DNA of 64,000 bases from the human T2T-CHM13v2.0 reference genome, Homo sapiens (GCF_009914755.1 NC_060933.1), one strand, 5' to 3'; positions 41,359 to 55,487 are shown, counted from the first letter of the stretch. Program-made: numbers and translations. The notes: generated from the letters alone by a model not told the origin.

Positions 41359-42825
41359 TACAGCGTATATTCTATAGTAAAAAACATGTGGGCCATTACA
41401 TTCTGAAAGAACATAGTGAAACATTTACAGAATATCAAGGCCTCACCATCTAGAAGAAAAGAATCCTTACTTTCCTCATCTTTCTACCTCAAGAAAAAAG
41501 GGAAGCGGGAAGAAACAAAAGTGCTAAAGTTACAAGTGGTAACCAAACAAGAAAAGGAGAACCGCTTAACAAAATGCACTTTGAAAAGCGCTGGCTCATA
41601 TAAAAACCAGAAGTTTGAGAGTATCACAATGAGGCCACACTCCAACCTCCCAGAAACCATATATTGTGCGTCTACAAAATCCTGAACAATTCTCACTCAG
41701 ATCTTGAGAGAAGAAGGGGCCATTGTTTATCCTTAGTTTTTCTCATTTTTGACTGTGGAGTAGTGAAAATGGCTGCAGTGGAGATTAGTGCAAAAGGAAA
41801 TAGCAGCAATGTGGCATGATTTTGTCAGAGTGTGAGGACTCCAACGACCCACATTAATTGGGGGAATGAGCTGAAACTCACAGATGCCCCCAACCTCGCT
41901 GGACAGAGTAAGCTCAGCCTTCTCCCTCCCTCAATGAAGTGCGAAGCCTGCATGTTCCTCACAGTCTCACATTGGAAGGAGGGGCCCAGTTTGTGCAACA
42001 CAACTCCAGCTAAGCCCACCCCCACCATTCCCACGCTCAAAGGTTATAGAAAATCAAGCTCAAAAGGAATATTAAGCCGTCATATGTAATCCAGAAAAGG
42101 GGTAAGAAAAGGCTCTGACATGAGGATTTAGGAGCTGCCACACACAAAGGGGCAGAGCAAAGTGAAAGTCTGAAGAAAGCTGCCAAGTATGGACAAGATG
42201 AAATCAATGAACTAGCAGCTATGCAAACCTTAAAAGAAAATAACATGCACAAATTAAAAATAAAATCCAGTCTGAAAGAATTTTTAAGTGCACAGGCTAC
42301 AAAATTTGATAAGAGCCTGCATTCAATTTTTTAAAAAACTCAAGAACCGATTGAATAACCAAGAGAAAATAACTAAAAAGAGTGAGATAGAGAGAACCAG
42401 AGACAAAGAAATAATTTGAGGACCAATAAACCTACCTACAGGTAAATTAGAAATAACAAGAAATAAAGCAGACCCAGCTAAACATTTAGTTCCCGAAAAA
42501 AAAGAAAGGGAGAGAGAGAAAATCACTGTGAACCAGGAAGAAAAAACAAAGTAGATTACTACAATCAGAGAAAAGATAATAGACTTAGATGATAAAAAGT
42601 TAATTAATATCCTTGAAGAAAAGCACTTAACAAATAAAAAGGTATTTAAAATCACACAAGAAAAAATTCTTTGAATGAAGATCTAAATCTGCGCATTACA
42701 ATGGTGGATACACAGCATTATATATTTGTTAAACACCATACAATATACAACACCAAGAGGGAACCTCAATGCAAACTTTGGGCTTTGGGTGATTATGATG
42801 TGCATTAAAGAGTGCATTGTGTTTA

Positions 42826-43169
<344 letters not shown>

Positions 43170-44129
43170 TCAAGTTTCTTAATATCTCAGTTAAAGAAAG
43201 TTTCCTCCAGCAGCCTGGAAAGAAGAGCAAGTCACCTAAAAGAGGACAAAGGACTGGCTGTTCTCACATTTCTCCAAAACAACATTCAATGCCAAAGGGG
43301 CAAGGGAGGAAAATCAACCGAGTCTAGGCCAAAGGGAAGTAGGATGGAGACACAATGTGCCCACCTTGATGTCACTGCAATACAACAGCAACAGAATAAC
43401 ATCCTGAAAGTGAAGAGCATTGATAGATGCAGTATGTGGGATCACATCTTCACAGAGTCCATCCAGCTCATCAACAAAGAAAGTAGGAATGAGATATGGT
43501 GGTAGAAAGGTCTGGAGGTGCATAAGGTATCCTTTTAAATGGAGAACTAAGAAGAGACCACTGAGGGTTTATGGTTACAGAAATCAAAAATTTTAAACTT
43601 AACTATGTAAAACTCATATAACTAGGGAAACGTGAGAGGTGAGCTGAAGTGAAGTGGAGTGAGAGAGGTAATTGGTTCATGTATCATAGCAGAGTTACTG
43701 ATACTGTCTGAAATTAAAGCTCATGGTTTAGAAGAAATGACGAAAACTGCTTATTATTGTCACTTTTCTTTTCCTTTAATCAAAGTGGGGTCATTTCAGA
43801 AATGATACATTTGTGGCAAAGAATCATTTCTATAAAATCAGCAATTCTTTAGATCCCATTTCAGAATTTTTTATTCTGTTAAATTTAAGTAGAATTAAAT
43901 ATCATATTTAACATGGATAAAATGTATAATAAATGTATTATATTTAAAATGATGCCCATTTTTATATCTATTGCCATGTGTACATATAGAAAGAGATAAT
44001 TTTGTAAGGGTCACCTAACGGTAATGATGATTATGTCTGAAATTTGGGATGTTTCTATTTCCTTTGTGCTTTTATTCTTTTAAGGGATTGCCTATTAGGA
44101 ATACTTGCCACTGTTACCAAAAAAACTAT

Positions 44130-45131
44130 TTTTTTAAATTAAACACTATTTTTTAGAGCAGTTTTAGGTTCACAGTAAAAATGAGAGGCAGGTACCGAGG
44201 TTTCCCATATACCCACTGACCTCACACATGCACAGCCTTTCCCATTATCAACAGCCCCATCAGACTGGTACATTTGTTACAATTGATGAACCTACTTTGA
44301 CACATCATAATCACCCAAAGCCTGAAGTTTACACTGATGTTCCCTCTTGGTGTTGTATATTGTATGGTGTTTAACAAATGTATAGTGCTGTGTATCCACC
44401 ATTGTAATATCATACAGCATACTTTCACAGCCCTAAAAAATCTCTGTTCTCCTTCTATTCATCCTGCCCTCCCCACCAGCCCATGGCAGCCACTGATCTT
44501 TTTACTATCCAGATAGTTTGGCTCTTTCCAGAATATCACCTGTTGAAATTATACAGTATGTAGCCTTTTCAGAGGGCTTCTTTCACTTGGTAATATGCAT
44601 TTAGATTTCATCCATTTCTTTTCATAACTTGCTAGTGCATTTCATTTTAGTGTGGAACAATATTCCATTACACTGATGTACAAGAGTTTATATATCCATT
44701 CACTTACTGAATGACATCTTGTTTGTGTCCAAGTTTTGGCAATAAACTTAGTAAATAAAGCCAGCGTAAACATTTGTGTGCAGATTTTTGTGTGAACATA
44801 AGGTTTGAACTCCTTTGGGTAAATACCAAGAAGCACAATTACTGGGTACTACTTTAGGTAAATACCAACTACTTTGGGTAAATACCAAGAAGGACAATCC
44901 TCTTATAATTACTCATGTTGTAAGAGGATGTTTAGTTTCATAAGAAACTGCCAAACTGTCTTCCACAGTGGCTGTACCATCTTGCATTCACAACAGCAAT
45001 GAATGAGTATTTCTATTGCTTCACATCCTCACTAGTGTTCACTGCGGTCAGTGTTCCGAATTTGGGCCATACTGATATCTTACTGTCTTCATTTGCATTT
45101 CCCTGATGATACATAATGTGAACCATCTTTT
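44130..45131 (-). mobile_element. L1MC-type 3' end
   Basis: ttttagagcagttttaggttcacag; catttgttacaattgatgaaccta. Confidence 0.85.
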
Positions 45132-45132
45132 A

Positions 45133-45443
<311 letters not shown>

Positions 45444-45766
45444 CTAAGTAATGCGGAAGGTGACTCAAAGGGGGAAAGGAACACAGCAGTGTAAAGGAAG
45501 GAGGTTGTAGATGGATCTAGAATTTCCCCCTCATTTCCATCAGGTGAAAGCCTGAGAAAACTGCAATCTTTGTGCAGGCTGGGTTTGCTTTGTACACACT
45601 GGTCCCCTAGTGTTCATCTCCAATAATGCTGACAACTCTGAAAACCATCTGTAGACATTCTGCAGGCTCCATCTCAGGAACAATGGCTATTTTTTCGGGT
45701 AGTTGAAGCAAAATTAAGTCCAATGATAAGCAAATATAACCATTATCAAAATCTTCCATTTATGTT

Positions 45767-46194
45767 TGTTAAAGCAACCTAAGTATGATCTGAGAAGGAC
45801 TCTGTATTCTATATTTGAGTCCTTGTGGATGAACTGTAACCTAGCTTAATAGGCAGACAAGATTGAAAACCTAATTTAGGAGTATGTGCCTTTAACAATA
45901 GCTGAGTCTTGGCCAATCCCAGTGGCCATACTTCAACCATTCATACACTGCTGAGTGTTCAAACTGTGTTCAAAGAAGGCAAAAGCCAACCTGTAACCAA
46001 TCCAGTTGTTTCTCTGCCTTACCTCCAATTTCTGTATGTCACTTCCCTTTTTTTGTCTATAAATATGTTCTGACCATGAGGCATCCCTGGAGTCTCTGAA
46101 TCCGCTGTGATTCTGGAAGCTGCCCCATTCGCAAATCATTCATTACTCAATTAAACTGCTTTAAATTTAATTCTGCTGAAGTTTTCTTTTAACA
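45767..46194 (+). mobile_element. MER57-like solo LTR ~0.9 kb upstream of the TSS
   Basis: TGTTAAAGCAACCTAAG..CTGAGAAGGACTC start; CCAAT boxes, TATAAA at 46058, ATTAAA; ends TTTTAACA. Confidence 0.78.
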
Positions 46195-46839
46195 GGTTTA
46201 GAAAAAATAATGGCAAAAATGAATGAAAATCCAATAACCCTGGAAGCAGAAAAGGCTGGGGGCTCCAATAAGTGTAAATAGTCCCATCCCTATATTTTCT
46301 CCATGGCAATTACAATCCAGCACATTATATATATATTTTTTTGCTTCTCGCATTTTGGCTTAGGGTAAAGCTTTTTAAAACAGGCACTGCCAACCAGTGT
46401 TATCAAGAAGGTCTGGATGCCGTTTTGTGGGAACATTTTAAAGAGGAATGTCCAAAAGGAAAAGGGGGATGGGTTGGGAGAAGGGTATCAGGCGGGTATC
46501 TCAAAACCATTCTTAGGGCTATAGGTTTAATTTATTTGGTTGTGGACGTCAGAGCCGTCATGGTAAGAAGGAAGCAAAGCCTTTTGTAATAATTAAAGCC
46601 TTCAGAAGCAGCGTGCCCCATTGCCCACTAGTGCGCCGTGAAGTCTGGTGTTCACCTACAGGGTCCCTCTCAGCACTGCCCAGGCCTCCCGAGTGCTCCA
46701 GCACAGTAGCTTGGAGCTTGTTGGTTTGGTGACCAAGATACACTCCAGGGAATATGCCATGCAGTGGAGTCTCTTCCCCGGCACTGCATAGCAAAAGGAA
46801 AGGGCCGCTGGGTGTCTGTGGGTCCTGGGCAGTCACAGA

Positions 46840-47615
46840 AGCCACCGCGCTGGCGGGGAGGAGGGGGACCGATGCGGTCCATGTCCCGGGCAGCCCCACC
46901 TTCTCTGCCTGCGAAGGGCCCTTGTCCGGCGGGAGGAGAGAGGCGCGCCCCACCCGGGCTCCTCTACACCTGCCGCCGCCTGGGCCGATTCCGCGGGCCT
47001 CGCCCGGCGCTTCAGCCGATTCCCGCCCAGCTCCGGGCTCATGGGCGCGGTCAGCAGGGCGGGCCAGGGCGGCGGGGCGCGACACTGGGAGGAAGTGCGG
47101 GCCGCCTGCCCGGGCGCGTTAAGGAAGTTGCCCAAAATGAGGAAGAGCCGCGGGCCCGGCGGCTGAGGCCACCCCGGCGGCGGCTGGAGAGCGAGGAGGA
47201 GCGGGTGGCCCCGCGCTGCGCCCGCCCTCGCCTCACCTGGCGCAGGTAGGTGTGGCCGCGTCCCCTACCCGGCCGGGACTTTCTGGTAAGGAGAGGAGGT
47301 TACGGGGAACGACGCGCTGCTTTCATGCCCTTTCTTGTTCTACCTTCATCGGCCGAGGTAAAAGTGCTGAAACCATGTGAATAAAATACAGGTGGGTTCC
47401 GCCAGCTTCGCTCCTGAACCTACCCGCGCTCGGGATCCAGAAGCTGCGCCGGGAGAGAGGGGCTCAGGCCTGGGCGGAGGGGACGGAGGTCAGACCGTGC
47501 GGAAAGTGACCCGGGCACCCCAGGGCGCCCAGGCCCCCAGGGAGCGCGGAAAGTGCGGTCGCGGCCCGGCCCTCGGGAGACGCGGGATTGGGATCAGGCA
47601 CAGCGCGAGGAAGTC
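46840..47615. promoter_or_regulatory. SYK: CpG island / TATA-less promoter of SYK
   Basis: Dense CpG and high GC; GC boxes at 47057-47077; ETS cores GGAAGT at 47091 and 47123; CRE-like GACGTCA at 46545 just upstream. Confidence 0.9.
47082..47245 (+). other. SYK: SYK non-coding exon 1 (5' UTR)
   Basis: ACACTGGGAGGAAGTGCGGG...CCTCACCTGGCGCAG matches my recollection of the SYK mRNA leader; followed by donor CAG|GTAGGT. Start is approximate. Confidence 0.85.
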
Positions 47616-48164
47616 GATCTTGGAGCTAGAACATTTTCCTTTGGCCATTTACACGAATCCACTGGAAAATGCCGCAGTGTTTATCAAAGTTACTCAAAGT
47701 AGAAATGTCCAGACGTCTTATGAGCTTAGACAAATCTTTTACTACAAAAAGAAACAGCAGTTGCATTCAAACAACAACCCTTCTGAACCACTACTAAAAT
47801 TTAGCATAATTACTCTTGTGGATACATTTTCATTGTCAAGTAATTTACTTAGCCAATGAACTTGGAGAGCAAGAAAGTTTTATGTAGTAAAATGTAAATT
47901 TGAGTTAAGAGTTAAGGGTGTTTCTTTTTGTCTGTTTGTCTGTTTTTGGCAATGTGGCTCCAAAACCTTAAGCCCACCTAAAAACTATATAAATGCAATC
48001 CATTCTTTTGTTGGAATGTTCAAGGACTAGAAAGACAATTGGAGAAGTGAGAGTTTGAATCTTTTTTTACGTTGGAAACAGTGTTGCAAAATATTTTTTG
48101 AGTTTTGCCTGACTTAGCAAAGATTCAGTCGAACTCAAGTAGAGTTCAAAGCATTGCAGCGTGT

Positions 48165-48200
<36 letters not shown>

Positions 48201-51200
48201 TTGAAGATGTTGTGCCATATCTGATTCTTGGTATTAAAAATAAAAAAAGGAACCATTTAATCCCTAAGAGTTCCTGGAAGAAATGGAATTGATTCTACCA
48301 TCTGACTTCTTTGTCTTAGTAGGGACAAATTCATTGCCTTCACACAGGCAGCATTTTAATTAAATGCAACTAAATACATTGATGTCCTCCTTCTCCCCAG
48401 TGAAAGTCCGAGCAGTGCATAGATAGAATTATATTTTCTCAAAAAGGCTTAAATACATGTAAATTATTAAGTGTTTTAAGTGAGAAATCTTTGTCAGTTG
48501 AAATTATTTTATCAAATCATTTTTGTTCTGAACGGCACTTTTGTTTTAACGTATTTAGAAAACTCTTGCATTAAAACAGAAATTGATTTGTATTATCCCC
48601 TGTATTTGAAGTGCACTTTAAAGTGTATTTGAATGAGAGATTATAATCAAATTACTTGATTTGTGTCTTATCCTCTTACTCTTCTACCTTGGATTTGAAA
48701 AGGTTGGATTTGAACACTAGGAAAAAAGAGATTTTTCTACTGAGGGATTGTGGGAAGATTTTTTTTTAAGCCTCTGTATTTGAAGTGAAATATAAAATAG
48801 GATTTTATAATAGTCTTAATAACTAGAAAGTTTTAAGCTAGGATAAAAATGGGGTGTATACTTTAGGTCTTTATCTTTCCTGAGAGATGAAATTGGTAGA
48901 AACGTTATTTTATTGCTAGATTTCACTTTAGAAATGAATCACCCTGATCTTTGTTAGGCCCCTATTTAATATTCTAAATGCAGGTCTAATCTCTCTGCTT
49001 TTTTTTAATGGAAGACTTCTTAGTAGAACTTCACTTATTTAGCACATTGTTTGCCCATGGTTATAATCCAATATGCTTGTGCCAAGACGTATTTTGGAAT
49101 TCAAGCTTTTTCAGAATTTGGAATTAAAATTTAGAATCTAAATTTCAGAACTGAGAAAGACATTGCTCAGAATTTAGAAAGGTAAACATACATGTTGACC
49201 CTGCTGGTTACATGCCATTCCAATATAGTCTGGAGAGAATCCTGTAATTCCATGCATTAATATTTCTGTACTTTTACATTTAAGAACATGAATATTCTCA
49301 CTAAGTGGAATAAATAAAGACTATAAAGAGCTGTGTGTCTGTTTAGAGCAGGTGTTATCACTACGAGAGCTTCTCTAAGACTTACCAAAAAAAAAAAAAG
49401 TGTTGTTTTTCAGAGCTTTTTAGAGCTGCAGCTGAGGGACTGAGTCTGTATTAGACTCCACTGAACTACGGTTTGCTTTTAAAAGGAAAGTGCATTTATG
49501 TTGTTCAATACTTCACACTTTCCAGTAATTAGAAGGGCAGTTCCTCTCTCTTTAGGGAGTCTTAAATAGCAAGATTTTACTGAATTTTCAATCATACCGA
49601 TCAAAATAGAGGTACTTCAAGTAAGAGTGGATGTCTCATCTTTGTAATATAATTTCAAACAGCATAGTTTCTGACAGTCTACCATTTTAGAGAAACAGAG
49701 CAGAAGTTACTTACAGGAGGGGTTACTGTCACCCTTTACAGCTGCAGTCTGTCCATGGAAGAAATATTATTTCCTGTTAACTTTGCAACCAGCTGGGTTT
49801 GTGTCAGTTATCTAAGCCTAAGTGATGGCTAATTTTTACTTTCTCAACTTTCCCTGTATAGATTTTTTTCCAGCTACCCCCTGACTTTTCTACTCTTGCT
49901 TTGCTGGTTTTAACATTTTCCACTACTTCTGGATTGGTTTAGCTATAACTGGGTGGAGAAAACAACAACAACAACAGGAATTTAGGCCTTTGGGGAAGAA
50001 TTTGTTTTGTTTTAGAAGTCTACACATTGAGCATTACTTTTTCTTCTAAAGCAACTAAAATCAGAAGGCAGAGTCCTAATGAGAGATTATGATCAAATTG
50101 CCTCATTTGTGTCTTATCACCTTCCTCTTCTACTTAGATTTGAACAGGTTGGATTTGAATACTAGGAAAAAAGGGTTTTCTACTGAGGGATTGTGGGAAG
50201 ATGTTTTAAGAACTAGTCTGATTGGATTTTAGGAAAGTTCATTCATTTTGATATGATGTTATCAGGGACATTTTCTATTTGCTTATAATTTTATCTGACC
50301 AATATTAGCTTGTATCAATTTGAGGTTTTTTTTTCCTTTATGAATCAATTGTGCAAGGTTTGCCCTACATCTCTTAAAAGGTGGTTAAACTGGAATCTTA
50401 AAGACAGTTGAATTTAGCCAAGACCAAAGATATGCAAAGAAAGAATATTTTGTTTATGTTACAGTACATTTAATAAATCCAAATGGCTCCCTTGATTCTT
50501 TTCTTTCTGGGACACCACGTATTGATTTCTGGCAGCTGGCCAAAGGCAGATGGTGGTGGAGCAAGCGAGGACAGTTAAGAATGTTGATGATTACTGGATT
50601 ACTGAGGAGTACTGTGAGCTTTCTGGTCCTCTGCTCAGAGGTGTCTAGCTCTGAAACTGGGATCCTGGCTCTGAGCTGGAGAGGCGCTTCCAGTTACTGC
50701 TGTCCTGGAGCGCTGGAAGGGAGCATAAGTGTGAGGAGACAGTGGGCTTTTAGCCTGGGATGCAGATGAGAGATGTCTTGACCTGAGTGAAAACCTTGCA
50801 GGCAAGCTGCAGGTCTACCGAGCAGGGTGAGGGAGGCTCTCGACCTGGATACTGTGAACTAGGGAGAGAAAGTAAATTCAACAGAAGGAGGGCCCAGGGC
50901 AGAGATTTAGGAATATCCACAGTTTAAATATTGCTTTACTTAAGTATACTCTGCCTGACTATAAGTAGCATTTGAATGTTCAACATATGACCTTTCATTT
51001 CTCCCCTCCATTGGTTTGTCTTAACTGATAAATCTTTATTTTCCCATGGTCAACCTGGTAGTTTATTAATATTACATCTATCAGTTCCTGTTGAGTTGAC
51101 ATGAAAATGTTTTGGTGTGACCTAAGTTAATTTCTCTTTTTGTTTAATTTTAATTTGTAATGAGTTCCTCTTTTCATTCTGCCCATCCTTTGGTACTGCT

Positions 51201-51753
51201 TTGAGTTATGTCCTCTAGAATTCTCACTATTTCCTTATGATTGGCATATTTTCAAAGTTTTTTGGTGTACTAATTTTAAACAGTGTTTGTTGACACTGAG
51301 AATTCAGGACTTTGGAGTTTTAGACCACCATCACCTTCTACTCCTTCTCACACCATCCCAGGATAATTATTCTCTCATTTGAGATTAAGAAGTTATTTGG
51401 TTTATTTTATTATGGTTATATAAATATAGTTTACTGCTAAAGCAAGGTATATCATTCCATTTTCTATCTCGTACCCCTTTTTGCTCTTCCTGGGGTAAAC
51501 CCTTGCTTTGTTTTTGTGTTTTCTTAGTTTGCACTGTGCCTATTATCATTTCCTTCCCAACTTTCTGACATAAAGATGAAAGCCCTATTGACACAATTTT
51601 CTACAGTGTCAGATATACCAAGTAATCTCACGGTTCCATTTTTCTTTCTTTTTTTCTAGAACCCTCCATCTTCTTCTTGTCTAACAGTTGCTCTTCAGTC
51701 TTGCTATACATACAGTAATACCTGAAGAATGTTTGGAGGATATTTGGTGTGGG

Positions 51754-51905
51754 ATTTTTCTTTTTTTTTTTTCTTTTTCTTTTTTGTAGAGATGGGCTCT
51801 CGCTATATTGCCCAGGCTAGTCTCAAACTCCTGGGCCCAAGCAATCCTCTTGCCTCAGCCTCCCAAAGTGCTGGGATTATAGGCATGATCCACTGTGCCC
51901 AGCCC
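51754..51905 (-). mobile_element. Alu monomer (FLAM/AluJ left arm)
   Basis: polyT + gtagagatgggctctcgctatattgccc. Confidence 0.88.
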
Positions 51906-54900
51906 TATGGGGAATATTTGTTGACTAAATATGTTTTATGTAAATTGCTTATCATACTCTTTGTTGTAACATCTGTGGCATTAATATGCCTCTTGTTAAC
52001 ACTCACCTACATTTTACCTGTTGTAAATCCACTGTCATAATTATTGAAAATATTTCTCCAGAGCTTTTTAATTCTATGGTTATTTATTTATTGTAGTATA
52101 GAACTTTTATGATTTCTTCCATCAGGGTGCATTCTGAATCATGCTTAGTGAGAGATGGTTTTTAACTCCACTTTAACAGTTAGCATCTATGTTTTACATC
52201 AGTGTCAATGTCACTTTTGTATTATATACGACACCAACATTTTATTATCTGAGTGATGAGAATGTTTATTTTTGTGGAAATGGAGATCTCATGAGACTTT
52301 AAGCAGATTGCTGGCCTTCTCCTCGATTTCCTTGATTGATTCCTGAAGTGGAACTGCAGTGCTAAGTGGAATTCCCTGGGAAGCTTGCTCAAGTAAGTAA
52401 GCATGAGAAATGCTGAATGAAATAAAGTGCAGCAAGCAGGGATAAATATCATGGGCATCTTCAGAGCCTTTGTGCAGGTAACATGCACAGAGATTCTCTG
52501 AGAGAGTCAGTCTCAGCCAGTGGTCCTACACTTCCATGACCCTGCAGTGCGTTTGTTCTTAGAGTGGCTTTCAGGGCTGGCTCTGCCACAGCCTCTTTGG
52601 GAAACCATGCATGACCTCTTGCTGCTCCTTACCAAGCTCCTTAGGCTTTGCTTGGTAGAGGCAGAATGTTGTGGTTGTTTTCATCTTAAATGCTAACAAT
52701 ATATGAATTATGTGGTGGATACACTGCCTCAAAGTGACATTTATCGAATATTTTTGTAGCTACGGGTTGAGAGTAAGGGTCTGAGGCCCCACTGGGTTCA
52801 AGTCCCCCTTCTTTATTTGTAAGCTCTTCTTTTGTAAATGGAGCAGTCACAGGGGGCTTCACTCTGATACCTAATGGAGACCGTGCCTGCAGTGCTCGGT
52901 ACCTGGTATGTGGTTAAAACTGACATAACTGTCAGAGCCTCTCCCAGGCGGGCTGACTCTGGGAATCTGCCCTGCAGTCTTGGAGGGAAGGCACGTCCAG
53001 ATAGGTTTGATGAGCAACTACAATTGCCAAAGTTAGTTTCTCTGACCTCCAAGATGGGAGTACTTTCTAATATTTTCTTTTAGGAAAGTTGTCCATTGCA
53101 TAACTGATACACGAGTACATATCCTTTAGTACAGGATTCAGATACAGCGAGCAACAGAAAAGCCCTTCTTAACCTCCACCCTCAGTCCCAGCCCTGCCCC
53201 CAGTCCCACTGTTGGGGAGCAGTTGGAGCTCTAACCTCTCTTCTTTCGTCCTGTGCATTCATGTGTGCATGTGTGCACGTCTTCAGAAGATATAATGGTG
53301 GGCTGTGTATGTCTTCTTAATACCTTTATCACTCTGGAACTTTCTTTTTATTAATATGTTGGGGTGCGGGGAGGTCTCCATATTCAGTGATTATTGTAAT
53401 TTTTATGACAGTCCAGAATAGGCATGTCGATTTTTTTTAATTTTTGATATTATAAACAGTGCTGCAATGAATGCACTTTTTCTTTTCATTCTTTCCCTCT
53501 CCTTTGCCATTTGCACTGTGTTTTCATGAAACCATCAGGTTAATCTTTATCTCAAGGAAGCCCTTCATCCCTGTCCATCCTGTTCTTCAGTCTATCCACT
53601 TAGTTTTCCTATGATTATTTTAGCAAGCAGGTGGTTAATTTCCAAGGAATGTAGTTACTTCTTTGGGATTTTTTTAAGTGATGTATTAGTTTTCTGTGTA
53701 TTTTATTACTTGTTTGAGTGCACCATTACCCCCGTCTCCCGGGGTATCAGTTCATCTGCTTGCATGCTTGGTGCCTCTCTCTCCTGCTGTCAGCTTTCCT
53801 GATGTGCTGGGTATTTCCACGTGTGTGTTGGTTTTTTTTTTTTTTTAGGTACCCTAGGCATTAGTCTTTTAAGGCTGCATTCTTGCAGCCTGTCCCACAT
53901 GAGATAGGAGGAGGGCAAGACCTGGATGTGCACAGGGCAGGATGGGCCCATAACTGGTCTGTGTGGTGTGTGGGTGGCAGGAACTCCCTGTTCTTTGTGG
54001 GTATGGCCATGCCTTCCCTATTCAAACGAAGCCACACACCTGTCTTTTCCTGCGAGGCGTCTTCTGCTGCTTTCTTGGAGCTGGGGAGCATCTACTCTTC
54101 CCTTGTCCTCCCGCTCCTCCCTGTTCCTCCCTCAGGTCTCTGTCGCTTCTAAGGCACTCCACCCTTGGTCTTCTCCCACCTTGCACCCCCCACACTGCTG
54201 CCTGCCTGCACAGGGGGACTGTGATTGCCCCCTTCAGTGTGAGCCTGACCTGCTTCATGCCTTTCAAGGAGAGCATTCATTGCCAAGCTACTCATGGAAC
54301 ATCTCCTCAGATCCTCAGCGTGCTATGACTTCATTTTCTGTAATACTGTTTTTCATGTTTCTTCCCCTTCTCTGCATTTATAGCTGTGCATATGCTTGAG
54401 GTGGAAGGCCACCACTTCCTTTTGGTTAACAACACCAATCAGCTGATGGTCATGGCTACGTGAAGGAACTCACAGTGAGGGCTCAGGAAGAGCCTGGCTA
54501 GAGCAGGCTGCATCGCAGGCCTTGGCGTTAGGTTCCCCAAATCACTGCTGGTGATCTTGTAGCTCTGTCATGAAGTCTGTCCTGCTTATTAGGATACCGA
54601 GGGTCCAAATTCATAGATTCTTAGAAGCCTGTTTAAATATGCAGAGTATCTAATTCAACCCGATTAGAAACGGGCTCAGAAAGGTGAAGGGATTTGTCCA
54701 ACCACTGAGTGATGCTGCTGGGATTAGAACTCTCAAAACTAGGTGTTTCTAATCCAGAACCAGAATCCCTATCCACTACTCTAATAAGGCGTAAAAGAGG
54801 ATCTGCTGTCCTGCCTAATTGGTGGGCAGGTTTGGAGTCCTGTCAGCAGCTCAGGAAAGCCTGGAGAGGCAGAGGGAGGACACAGGCTCAGTGTCAGACA

Positions 54901-55487
54901 TGCCAATTTTACTCATCACCAATGGTTACACAAAACTTGTTTTGATCTTTGTGGCTTTTGCATTGAGAAGTTAAGCATATACAATAGGAATTAGACACAA
55001 TCCCAAACCAATGAGAGACTCAAGTGAGAAGAGCTGAAGCTTTTATGCATGCCTTCCTTCCATAGAGATAAATTTACTATCCAGAGTGAACTAGAGCCTC
55101 GTGGAAAGTGAGTGCCGAGCCCCTAGCTGTGAGTGTCTCTGTCCTTCCCACATCAGACCTCCATGTCTGTGGCTGTCCCCCTACGGGGCAGAACTGCTGC
55201 TCTCTGCTTGTGTTGCTGTCGTGAGGGTTGGGAGTGGACAGGTGTGGACAGATCTCAGACCCGTTTCCCTCCTGTTATGGAAATGTTTGTGAGGCAGGTG
55301 GGACTTCAATGATTTGGTCAAGGAAAGGCAGCTTGGCAGCTGGGGAGAAGGGCTCAGGCTAGAAAGGCAAGCGTTTGTGAGGGATGATTTCCCCAAAGAA
55401 GCCAGCAGTGTGTAAGGTATTCCCCGGAGCTTGTTTCTTCTCAGAAGACTCTGGAAGCTGTGTCAGTGTCTGTTATGGAGGAATGGA

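Noticed and set aside
46558-47859. Long overlapping ORFs on both strands at the CpG island
   Set aside because: Expected stop-codon scarcity in GC-rich DNA; low-complexity R/A/G/P content with no recognisable domain
53861-54399. Cluster of 76-157-aa ORFs as a nested gene or SYK coding exon
   Set aside because: No similarity to SYK SH2/kinase sequence or any family I recognise; no clear splice structure
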